A stretch of DNA of 64,000 nucleotides from the NCBI GenBank assembly GCA_964276515.1, contig OZ193909.1, forward strand, positions 11,160,001 through 11,224,000. Reading direction: 5' to 3'. Under the pieces are notes generated by a model. That model ran no database searches. It saw nothing but the letters and a program-made list of their open reading frames with translations, and had not been told where the DNA came from. Both the position numbers and the translations under genes were made by a program. The DNA comes from Gordius albopunctatus (Eukaryota). Of the stretch, positions 52,111 to 64,000 are shown piece by piece. Position 1 is the stretch's first letter, and the number at the start of each line of letters is the position of its first letter.

Positions 52111-52460
52111 GTTATAAATCTACGAATTTTATTTTTTTAATTAAAAATGATAAAACCCAAAACGACCAAAACCAAACCAAAAGGTTACCAAAATAATTCA
52201 CCTATACGCCAATGGTGTTTTTTTTGTAAAAATGCCCGTTTTTTTTGTAAAAACGCCAAACGCCAAAGGTCGACCAAAAAATTTCACCCAAACACTCTTG
52301 GTGTATGGGTGTGAAAAGCGCCAATACACCAATTGTGAACCAAAAAATTCACCTAACACTGAAAGGGTTAGACGTAATTTATACACCAATTACCAAGCTT
52401 GGCAACACGCTGGAAAAAACCAGCCAGCCGTTTTTACAACACTAGTATTAAGGGTATAGG

Positions 52461-52657
52461 CATTATACCCCTAGAACAAATAATGCCCTAGAATCAACTA
52501 ATCGTTTAATAAAAGATGGATTTATGTTGAGGGAACGGATGCCAATCAATAGGTTCAAAGTTATAGCAATTGACATGATCTAAACATAGTCATGCGAATA
52601 TAAACATTCAACAAAATTTCTTAAATCACCAACTATGAATTTAAAGCTATGGACTCA
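52461..52657 (+). pseudogene. Mutator-like (MULE) transposase fragment
   Basis: Reads HYTPRTNNALESTNRLIKDG..RERMP, a TNNxxESxN motif typical of MULE DDE transposases, followed by two stops. Confidence 0.55.
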
Positions 52658-55600
52658 GCATGAGGTATTTGGGTCTGTGTGTTGCTGGATGTATTCAGTC
52701 GAATGGCAAAAGAGAGGTTTGCCTCATGCCCATATACTCATATGGCTATATAGCAAGATTATGTCAAACGAAATCGACGCTTTGATATCTGCTGAAATTT
52801 CCGACCCCAACTTAGATAACGATTTGTACCAAATTGTTACAAAAAATATGATACACGGCCCTTGCAGAACACTTAATCCAAGATCGCCATGCATGATAGA
52901 CGGCAAATGCTCAAAGCAATATCCTCGAAGCTTAACAAAAGAAGATCAATAGAATATGGTGGTAACGTAGCAACCATCCACATACGCAATGCAACGGTCG
53001 AGGTGGACAACCGATGGGTTGTTCCATATAGTCCTCTGCTCTTAAAATTATACAAAGCTCACATCAACGTTGAGTATTGTAACTCCGTTAAATCCATCAA
53101 ATATATTTGTAAATATGTAAACAAAGGCAGTGATATGGCAGTTTTCACTGTTCAACCAGATAGCATAGCCCAATTAGGGAACCTTCACACCGATGAAATC
53201 GCACAATATCAGGCTGGAAGATACATTAGCAGTAATGAAGCTGTGTGGCGTATTCTATCCCTCCCCATACATGACCGTAGTCCTGCTGTGGTTCACTTAG
53301 CCGTGCATCTAGAAAATTGGCAGCGAGTTTATTTTACAAATGCTAATGTCCAACAAATCGCTTTAAACCCCCCCCCCCCCCGACACAACGCTCACAGCTT
53401 TCTTCAAGCTATGCCAACATGATGTTTTTGCGCAGACGCTGCTCTATTCAGAGGTACCTACCTACTACACATGGAATTCGCGTAGCAGATCGTTTTGCCG
53501 TCGCAAACGTGGAAAGCGTGTCGATGGACACCCTGACATATTCGAAAATGATGCGATAAGCCGACTATACACTATCCATCCCAATCAAGATGAATGTTTC
53601 TTTCTTCGCATGCTTTTAATTAATGTACGTGGTCCTAAATGTTTCCAAGAATTAAAAGTGGTCGACGGTGTTGTACATCACACTTTCCGCAGTGCATGCC
53701 AAGCTATGCATCTATTAGAACACGATAATCATTGGGATGAATGCATCAGTGAGGCGTGTCATACTACAAATACAAAACAAATCCGTGCATTATTTGCGAT
53801 TATATTGACTTCATGCTCTCCGTCAAATCCTAAATCTTTATGGGATGAATATAAAGCACATATGGCAGAAGATATTATTCATCGGAATAGTACTTCACAT
53901 CCTATCATTAACATGCCTCAAATGTCACATTATAATCAAACTTTAATTATTCTTGAAGATTTATGCTTACAAATCGGGAATAAAGTTTTAATACAATTGG
54001 GGATGCCTGCGCCTAATCGCTCTTCTGCCGCTCCATTACATGCAGAATTCTACCGTGAACTTAATTATAACCAGGCAGATCTTTTGTTTTATGTGCGCTC
54101 TAATGTTCCAAGGCTAACACTCCAACAAAAAGCCATTTATGATACAATATTATTAGCTGTTAATAAAGGTTCTGGAGATATTTTTTTCTTAGATGCTCCT
54201 GGCAGAACTGGTAAAACATTTTTACTGACTTTACTTCTTGCAAATGTTCGATCCCAAAATGAAATAGCCGTTGCTCTTGCATCTTAATAGCTGCGACATT
54301 GTTGCCTGGTGGTAAAACTGCTCATTCAGCATTAAAATTGCCTTTAAACATTCATTATAGCGAAACTCCCATGTGCAACATTTCCCGAGCATCTGGAATG
54401 GGTAAAGTACTAGAAAGGGGCAAACTTATCGTTTGGGATGAATGCCCAATGCCCCATAAAAAATCGCTCGAAGCTCTAGATCGTTCTTTGCAAGATTTGC
54501 GGCGAGATTCCAGACCATTTGGTAGGGCATTTTTATTTCTTGCAGGAGATTTCAGTCAAACTTTACCAGTGCTTCCTCGATCAACCCCTGCTGACGAGAT
54601 CAATGCTTGCCTAAAATATTCTATTTTGTGGCCTTATGTCAAAACCTTAAATTTAACTACTAATATGCGTGTAATGTTACAAAATCAAGCATGTGAGTTC
54701 TTCTCACATCAATTGCTAGAAATTGGAAACGGAACCGTGCCCGTCGATATAAACTCAGGACGGATTTCATTTCCTACCAACTTCTGCCATTTTGTGTCGT
54801 CCAAAACAGTTTTGGTAGAAAAAGTTTTTCCAAATATTAACACCCATTATCAGGATCGAATATGGCTCCGTCAACGGGCTATTCTTGCCCCAAAGAAAAA
54901 AGATGTCCAAGAACTTAAGAATCTCATTCTGTCTACAATTGACGGCACTCCAGTTACCTACAAATCGGTTGACACTGTTGTTACTGCTGATGACGCTGTT
55001 AATTATCCGCTCGAATTTTTATATTCGCTAGATCTCCCAGGCATACCACCACACGTTTTATTTGAAAATTGGTGTGCCGATTATGATGTTGCGCAATGTT
55101 AATCAGCCAAAACTTTGCAACGGCACACGTCTTGCTATTAAACGCTTAATGTGCAACGTTGTTGAGGCAACAATTTTGACTGGACCTTTCACTGGAGAAG
55201 ATGTCCTCATACCACGGATCCCTTTGATTCCAACAGATTTACCCTTTGAATTCAAAAGATTGCAATTTCCTTTTAAACTCGCATTTGCTATTACCATTAA
55301 CAAAGCTCAAGGCCAGTCTCTAGAAATTTGTGGTATAGATTTAGAAACAGATTGTTTTTCACATGGACAATTATATGTTGCATGTTCGCGCGTCAGCAAT
55401 CCACAAAATTTGTATATCTACACAGATAATAACATGACCAAAAATATTGTCTATCCCCAAGCATTATAGCAATTGCTTCCTTTCTAAGGAAGAAGTTAAG
55501 CTGCGAAGCATCTCTTACCCGAACCTACAACCCTCTTTATCTGCATGAATAATTAAACTTAGTATTGTTTATATTTATCAACTCATAACTTTTAGCAATT

Positions 55601-56118
55601 ACCATTAAAGCCCATTGATTTTACTCGCGTATAATCACCTTTTAAATTCTATAATTTTATATTTCTTTTAGCATTTCTCCCCTTTTTATTACGCCAGAAT
55701 ATTATAACCAAATTTGCCGAGACATTCACAAGAAGTTATAATACTGTACGTGTATTACCTTATTCTTCATAAGACAGACCTATCATTGATTTACCCTTTA
55801 TCCATCAACTTTCCCTTGCAGGTTTTTTTTACTATTTACATCATTTTTTACATTATACTTTCAGCCAAAATCTTCATACAGCTCTTTATTACCCATACAT
55901 TATTATAAGCTTTTTATATTTCAATGCTTATATACTCTTGTGAATTATTAATAAATATTTTATATCGCTCTTAAATAAATATTATGGATATTTATTTGCA
56001 TTAGCATTCGGACCTTTCACATTATTTCATATATGACCCCATTTTCGATAAGTCTTATTAATAGGTTATACTTATTTAACCACCTGAGCCAAAGCAACGC
56101 TTGGCCGGGCACAGCTAG
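52658..56118 (+). mobile_element. 5'-truncated autonomous-type Helitron (family A): Rep/PIF1-helicase pseudogene plus 3' end
   Basis: Rep motifs VEWQKRGLPHAHIL, MIHGPC, KYICKYVNKG. Helicase motifs DAPGRTGKT, IVWDE, AGDFSQ, TINKAQGQS, FSHGQLYVACSRV (stop 55469). Several frameshifts and stops. Hairpin plus CTAG|T at 56118. Confidence 0.93.
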
Positions 56119-56302
56119 TTACTATATAAATACCGGGGAATTTTATTAAATTACTGAGCAATTTATCATTAATCAACTGTGCAATTTTTAATAATTTACT
56201 GCGCACCTAAATATATTACTGAGCATATTTTAATTTCTTACTGTGCACTTAAATAACATTCCTAAATAAATTGGAGCCTGATTATAAAATAATGATCTTT
56301 AA

Positions 56303-58749
56303 CCCGACAGGGACCACTAATTTTTGCACGGTTAAATTTTATAAAAAAAATAAGTTTCTAAGGTCACTAGGGTATAGTAACAACAAATCAACTGAAATTT
56401 TTTTGAAAAATAATGACCCCGGGTAGATAGAGGGGTGTCACCTAAAATGGACACTGGGAAGGCCAAAAATGCAACATTAAATTTTTTATTAAAATCAGCT
56501 ACAATATAATTAATTATAATTCATGATAGGTCGCCCAATATTTTAAATGCAATCCGGCGTTACAATATGAACATTTTAGGCGAGTGGCCTTCTTACAAAC
56601 TTTACAACACCTCTGAGAACAGGGTTATTTTTGATGCTGTGTTATGTTAGGTTTATATTTCGTTAAACTCGAATAAACGTTTCTTTTGGGTTGAATACCA
56701 TATTTCCTGAAATATGACATCACAATCGATCTTCGGAAGTTGCATAATGACTGATAATCATTGTTTGAGTTGTAAATTTGCCATGCATTTTGGCAGGCCG
56801 CCGCATCTATTCCAAATGCTGACAAAGGAAAATACAATTTTTACCTCTGTAAGAAATTCTTGTAGATTGTACGTTCTGATCAAATCGATCAACCCCACCC
56901 ATATATTTATTGTACATTTGGACCATTAATGGGCAATCGACTTGAATTTTTGATTTTACCTTTTACTTATTGGATTGCTACCATGACAATTTGATAGCAT
57001 GTTGACAATGCAATTGTCATTCCATTGAATCGAAACTATATTTGAAGTTACCTTTTTAACGAAATAGCCTCGGCCTTTTTTTAACACTTTGGATATGCCA
57101 GAGGACATTCAATTCGATTGACCCTGACGGTTCCCGTATCGCCGATGTTTTTTTTGAAAGAGCGTTTGATAATTTTGTGCTTGTGAAGTAATTTTTGAAA
57201 TAAATATTATAAGGAGAATATTCAATTGGTAATTTATCCAGAAGATTCATTATGACAGCTCCCCCTAAACCGAAAGTTTTTTGCTGTGGTAAAATACATG
57301 ATGAACCCTAAAAAAGGTCAAAACTAATAAGGTATCCCGACCTTGTTGCGGCCGTCCAGAGTTTATACCCAAAGCGCATTGGCTTTCCTTTTATAAATTG
57401 TTTGGTAGTATGGCGCCCATAGTAGGGAACGATTTTTTGATCCATTGAAATATTTCAAGTTTTACATATTTAAAATTATTCCTAAATCGTTTATCTAAAA
57501 GATCAAAGAACTGTCGAACTTTGGCGAATTTGTCGACCGAGTCTAAATTTGAATTGTCGCATAGATGTAAATACTTTGTTATTTCTTTGAATCTGTTGCG
57601 GCGCATTCCATATGAAACCATTTGATTGTAAGAATCGGATTTTAATTCCCAAAACATTTTAATATTTTTCAGAGTCAAATATCCAGTAAGAAGTAAGATG
57701 GCAATATAAATTTTAAGCTCCTCCTTTGTAAAATTCAAATTTATATTGTGCTGTTTAGCGTATAGATTTGTCATTTCTACAATGAATGTCACAATTTCAT
57801 CGGTAAAAATTTGTTCGAAATAATCTTCTGTGGTTGGTAAATTCATGACATCGACGTCAGTCCTACCATCTTCTTTGCGACCACACGGGGAAAAAACCTT
57901 TTCATCATCTTGCCAATTTAAATTACCTTTAATGGATGTACCCTCTAGGTCTGAGGAACGGATGACCTCAATAGAAGACGTAAGCATTGATCTTGGTAGA
58001 TGATCCAAATCAGCCTCAATTTCATCGCCACTTTCTTGGTCAGTGTCACCATCGTTGGTTGGAGGAAATATGATAACTTGTTCCACATTTAAATTAGAAT
58101 ATTCTACTTCTTATAAAAGGTCATTTAATGTTCTAACTCAAATATTTTAAAAAATTTATAATAAAATTAAATTATATTACAAACACAAAATCAAACGTCT
58201 TTTTTGACTTTTTTTTGTTTTTGCTGTTAATAAAATTAAGGAATGAGGACCAAGACTTAATAAAAGAAGGCTTACAAAAGTTTAATTGAGTAAAATATAG
58301 CTTAGGTGCTAACAAACAACGTTAAAAACGCCAAAAACTAGGTAAATATCTTATTGTTCAAAAATGCCCTTCCCAATGTCACTTTTAGGTGACGTTATAT
58401 CTTAAACTTAAAAATAACTATGATATATTTATAACTAATAAAATATATTTATACCAAAATATTAAGCAAGAATCATTATTCAGGAACATTCAAAAATATA
58501 TTTTGCACTCACGTTCGATTTTCCATCAAATTGAATAATTTGGAAGAATTCAAAAAATAAAAAAATTGCGAACTTTGGAATGCTATAATTTTTAAACAAT
58601 GGATTCGTAAAGGAAAGACGTTGTGTGAGCTTATTTGGCAACATCTCTTTTGTTAAATTCAATTTAAAAAATTAATTTTGAATAAATACTTTTTGAGTAA
58701 TCATCAATCAAATGGGTGTAACTTAAAAGTTACATTGGTCCCTCTCGGG
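56303..58749 (-). mobile_element. Full-length decayed piggyBac transposon
   Basis: TTAA on both sides; TIRs CCCGACAGGGACCA / TGGTCCCTCTCGGG (13/14); internal inverted repeats at ~56437 and ~58366. Minus-strand transposase from ~58086 (IVEMTNLYA, MRRNRF..YLHLCDN..DKFAKVR) is frameshifted and ends in a Cys-rich tail at ~56550-56615. Confidence 0.93.
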
Positions 58750-58964
58750 TTAAATCATATCGGTTATCGAAAGCAAGAAAATTATATATAAACGGTGGCA
58801 GAAATAAAAAACTCGAAGGATTATCAGTCGTATAAGCGGTCAAAGAAAGCTGCGAAATGAACTTTGCAATAACGAAGGATGCTGCTTACCCCAAGATGGC
58901 TTACAAACTAAATCATAAAAGTGGCAACAGGATTATGTAAAAATTTGCCAAGATGGGAGAAAAT

Positions 58965-60176
58965 AGTTTTTCGATCTTGCCTGAGTCTCGTCTAGACTTT
59001 AAATAATCTTTTATACTATCTAACATTTTCCCCTTTAATTAGATTATTATAAAAAAAAAGTTTAACAATGGCTAACCATTTTTTATTCACGAAATTATTA
59101 CAAACATTTCAATTACATATTTAAACTAGCTGGGAACATTAGTTAGCACAGGCAAAAATAATTAATGTTTGAAAAAATAATTTCAAGAGTTTTAGCCCTG
59201 TGATATAACCGTCATCCATTCGTTACATAATGATTTTTTGCATATTTATTACATTGTTAAAGAAACCTAAAAGTTACAAGTGGATACTTTTGATCATTAT
59301 TCATAACATAAGTAATTATTTGCATGTAGTGCAACACTGTAAAAACACGAATAAAAGTAGCAGTGTTACTAGGGAACATAAGAATTTTGAGTTAATTGCC
59401 CATATGTAATTTTATAAAGAATACTTTTACATTCAAAAATTAAAAAGACCCCATATTATGACCAAAAATATTTGCTTGATCTATTATTAATATGACTTAG
59501 TCATAAAATATTTTTTATTAATAAATCTTATGCTCATTTATTTTAGTTTAGTGCAAACTCGCACAAAAATTTAGTAGATCAGAGTTCACTAAACCCTGCC
59601 TTTAATGTAAAATGTAATTTAAATGGCAAACAAATGCACAATGTGATTTATGGCTTGATAATTTCGGAGCTACACCATCAAGCATAACAAACTCCTAATA
59701 GACTTATGATTCAATTTAATGCGCTTGAGGGCAATCGTTTGGGAGGCACATAAATCGCTTGAGTGCTTAAAAAATCGATAGAAATTGTAGCCAATTTTAT
59801 ATAACTTTTAGAGTATTTAACCACCGATTTAAAATATCATCCGAAATTTAAAAGGTGCTTTAGTAATATTTACTACTTCAGAACTTATTTAAGTATGAGT
59901 TAATTCAACAAGCTTAAATTATAAAATTTAGCGCCAACTTGGAGTAAATTACACAATAGCAACATTCCAAATATATATTCTATATATGCATCACATAACA
60001 AAAAATACATAAACAATTTACTAAATTATGATTAGAATAATGGTCAATAAGAAAGAGATGCTGCTGATAAAATCTCGTCCCAAGATCGGAATTCTCGTCT
60101 CGATATCGGCTCAAAAAGTCTCGCCACGGTTTGTCGAGATCAGAACGAGATTTTTCTTTGATTTTCCGCATCACTA
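58965..60176 (+). mobile_element. Old hAT-like non-autonomous element, right end preserved
   Basis: Ends ..ttttccgcatcacta, the inverse of tagtgatgcgaaaa at 42747. The body resembles 45980-46875. Confidence 0.55.
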
Positions 60177-60439
60177 AGAGAGAAGAAAAGTCACGATGTC
60201 GAGGTCCTTAAAGTACCAAAAAGAGGAACTAAACCCTTTTTGAGCCGAGATGGAAAGGTTTTTCCCAGGAGCTTATGTTTAAAATGACAAAAAATCCCCC
60301 CCCCCGTAATAGAGCCAAAAATAAATATGGTCGAACACTTTCAGAAATATAATGTTGGCGTACAAATAAAAAGATTTGATCAGAATAAGGAAGCATGGGT
60401 ACGATGCCGGGAACAGGAGGCACGACCATGACGACCCCT

Positions 60440-61265
60440 ATGAGATATTGGGAGAATTGCGATTTTCTACTCGATCAGCATGCACGATTATACCTTTATT
60501 TAAAGGTAAAAATGATCCTTAGGAGCCTGAAAATTTCAAAGGCAAGTTAACCGGCCATTCTTTTAAAACTATTGAAAGTATCAATTAAAAAGGCTGAAGA
60601 ACGACGTCGACATATCGGCAAACCAATTCAGGTTTGTGGGTGAAGAATTCATAGACCCTATCTTCCCATTAAGACAAATTATAGATATATGTGAAAAATC
60701 TGCATATGGTCTATCTACCGGGAGAAAGCTTAAAACAGAGTGCCTCGCTCTTTATGGTGATGCTTAAGAAGACACAATATCTCTGAAGTACAAGTACAAT
60801 TTCTAAAAAATATTTAGGGAGCCTCAAATTTTTGCGTTAGAACAGTTGAGGCATTAAACCTTTAAATTATGTTACATTAAAGATCGGCCCCTTTTATTCG
60901 ATGTAATTATGGACACGATAGCGAGATCCAAAAGCCATATTGTTAGTGTATACGTCAATAATAATGTACAATGCGAAGAGACAAAGAAATAAATATTCGA
61001 CCAAAAAGTGGAGAAAACGGTTAGCTGGATATGATGTAAAAGCCAACAATCTATACATAGATATGAGCTTATAGCCGCTGAATGACCAACTAAATAACCC
61101 AAAAGTAGGCAGGTTTACATAACATACCTCGACTCTATGTTACCTCAGGAGGGAGGTTGGGCAAAATAAGTCAATGCATAGATCTAAAAAGGAGTGAAAT
61201 GGCGAGTGGATTTGGTGTAATGTGCACCAAGAAGATGCCAGGTTGAAGAGCAAAGCTTACGAATT
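60440..61265 (+). pseudogene. Highly decayed RTE-type LINE RT fragment
   Basis: Broken IIPLFKGK, NQFRF, DPIFPLRQ and DRVPR-like motifs; similar to 38740-39700. Confidence 0.6.
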
Positions 61266-62036
61266 CATTTTTTCCTGGTAACAAGTTCTGTAAAAGCTAA
61301 CATAATTTTCCGAAAAATTGGGAGGATATTTATGAGTTCTTCATTCGTTCGGAAGCTTAACAAATGGCTGATTGATCAACGAAGATAGAAAAAGGCACTT
61401 TCCACACCAATTTTGTCACGAGGCATGCTTTAAACACTCACAAACATCCCAAAATGACAAAGCCACAATACATATTACAAAAGCAGCATTTAACCTTTTA
61501 TCGCCCAGCAGCATAATGGATATGATTGTCAAAAATCAGGAACCAAGGCAAGAAACTTTATGAACCTTTTTATATAAAAATCTAATCGACTTCCTAGTTG
61601 ATATAGCTAAAAGCGACCAGGCTCTTGACATTATGCCAGAGACCATCAAAACTATCGCAACTAATATAGCCCTGCAAGTATTAATCAGGGGTTCCAGACA
61701 TGTAACATTGAAAAATTGTTTGAACAAGCTTACAAACCAGTGAATACGTTTGTGTAAACCCCAAAACCTAGGCTTAGGAAGCGCCCCTTCCCTTGTAAAA
61801 CGGGGGAGCCGAGGTTAGAAAGGATGAACGAAGCTAAACTCACTGCTCGTCAGTGAAGAAATAAGGACTCCTGATTGGCTCCATGTATACAATTAGTTAG
61901 AAATATCGCCGCTAACTCTGTTTACTTGGGCGTGATCCGGACGTGAATGTACACGATGGCACAAGCAGTAATGACGGAACATTCAACCCTCTGATCCCTA
62001 CATATGATTTCCTGGCTCAAAATAAATGTAAATACG

Positions 62037-63101
62037 ATTTATACTCAACCAGTCTAATGCACAAAAGGTCTAAGCAAACTAGACGCAAAATCTCATTACT
62101 TAAAATATAAATTTCATATCTATATATATATAGTAAAGTCTATGTATGTATATATGTGTGTATGTATGTAAGGGCTAAATTCTGAAACTACCGGCCCGAT
62201 TCGCGCGAAAATTTAACCATAGATGCCTAGGGCGGTCAGGGGTAAAATAGCTTTTTCAGAATCCTAAAATTCCTTTTAGTTTTAAAAAATGGCTTAATTC
62301 TAAAACTACCGGCCCGATTCGCGCGAAAATTTAGCCGTAGATGCCCAGGGGTAAAATAGCTTTTTCAGAATCCTAAAATACCTTTTCGTTTTAAAAATAT
62401 CGGACATTTCCCGGCCAGTTTAATTTAGAGCAGCATATACAATAATGACGTCATATATACAAGGCTGAAGTTTTCTCGAATTAGATATTTAAAAGTATAA
62501 TAAAAATGTTACAGTATACGGTCAAAATTATTGGTGTTGTATTTAGTAATATAAAGATATAAATAAAGTATTTTATACTATCTTATACATCTATTGCTAA
62601 TCCATACATATATCTATAGAATAATGCTAAACATACTATATATAACTTATTGACTAAAGTATTTAATAATATAAAGATATAAATTAAACTACTTTATTGC
62701 TATATTTAGTAGCTTATAATTATTTACGTTATAATGGTTTTAATATGGTTGCAAATAATGTTTATTAAATCATGTAAACCATAAGCTTTAACTAACCCTC
62801 TTTTATCTTATCGCATATATCTATTGCCTTATAACTAACTAGTTTTCTATTGATGTTATAAACGTTTTACAAGGTAGCAAAAATTTATATTAAGCCTATA
62901 ATATATGAAGCTTATATTTTTTATTGCTGCATATATATTTCCTTTCATAGTTTAGATTAAATGCTTTATAATAAGTTAATATGCATTTACAATATTTTAT
63001 ATAATTATATATAAAATTATATGAAATTTATTTTTTAAGTAATGAGATTTTGTGTCTAGTTTGTATAGACCTTTTGTGCATTAGACTGGTTGAGTATAAA
63101 T
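62037..63101. mobile_element. Fold-back element with ~80-bp inverted arms, interrupted by a Helitron
   Basis: 62037-62118 (atttatactcaaccagtctaatgcacaaaaggtcta..catttacttaaaa-like) is the near-exact inverse of 63020-63101. Confidence 0.8.
62119..62535 (+). mobile_element. Helitron family A 5' end (3'-truncated)
   Basis: A|TCTATATATA start; near-identical to the reverse complement of ~29135-29566. Confidence 0.85.
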
Positions 63102-64000
63102 ATCCATTAGCACTTGATAAATCACTATCTCTCACATTATATTCCAAGAAAAAACCTTACAACTGTTCCCGTTTGTTATAAATTACTTAGCACAAAGTCA
63201 GTTTCAAATCTTCTACACGCTTATCACTTAAAAATGAAGAAATGATTGGCCTTAAAGTCATCAATTTTTTCCATAATTACCTCTTCTTTCAATAAAAGGC
63301 ATAATAAATACTTAAATATAAATGGGACATTCCATGTTTGATTGCTACATTTTGGGCCAACCCCCAAAGATTTTAGGAACTTTGGTGAAAATGAAGAAAT
63401 ATAATTATAAAATTTTGGCTCATGTGTGACACTACTTCATGAGTTGTGGAGGTTATCCCGATGGTTGCCAATTCTCATTTAAATTTTTATATAGTTAGTA
63501 AAAAAAATTTGTTTCAAATTTTAAGGTTAATGACTAGTCAACGGTAGAGGGCTAATAATTTTAAAGAGTTATGCAATTTAGCGTCATGACCCAATGTCCT
63601 AAAAGACCAATTTTTGACATTTGGGTCAACCCAAATTTGAATTCTATAAAATATCTAGACCTTAAAATTTCAACTTAAGGGTATATATACAGGTGTCTAT
63701 TTACTTCATTCAAAAATAATGCTAATTGAAAAATAAAACTAGTCCAAAGGTTGATAATTTCTTACTCAAAACAAATAAGGTTATTGTATTTTTAATCTAA
63801 TTCATGTTTTACTTATGCCAATAATTAATTATATCCATCAAAAGGAATTAAATTAAATCTAATAGGTTGGCCCATCATCAGAATCATTATCATCTTCCAA
63901 AAATCCTTCCCCATTATCGAAATATGTTTCTGCATAATCATTTTCCTTAAATAAACAAACTGATTTAAGTATTAGCCTCAAATCAAATGATAAAAAACTT

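Overview
AT-rich animal (invertebrate-like) nuclear DNA with five intron-containing housekeeping genes in a dense transposon landscape. The genes are DRG1 (-, runs off the left edge), Symplekin (+, 11696-21037), RING1/RNF2 (+, 30382-31786), a divergent TXNDC11 (-, ~31965-40824; its CGFC exon is missed by the ORF track) and mitochondrial tRNA 2-thiouridylase TRMU/MnmA (+, from 47350; last exon not located). Mobile DNA includes a complete Mag-type Ty3/Gypsy element (5-bp TSD) whose 5' LTR is split by an open-ORF (982 aa) RTE-like LINE, several hAT derivatives with 8-bp TSDs, three pieces of one Helitron family plus a head-to-tail Helitron junction, a DINE-1/Helentron-like element with an internal satellite, a full-length decayed piggyBac, and RTE/MULE remnants. 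The most unusual observations are: (i) the LINE sits behind the LTR promoter region, deletes the LTR poly(A) signal, has no TSD and carries an E-to-Q change at a catalytic endonuclease residue; (ii) many 33-44 nt introns and frequent AAG acceptors; (iii) CpG-free 5' exons versus CpG-rich 3' exons in three genes; (iv) a candidate truncating intronic poly(A) exon and a GC-donor microexon in Symplekin. All gene models were read by eye from splice signals and remembered orthologue motifs; no searches were run.
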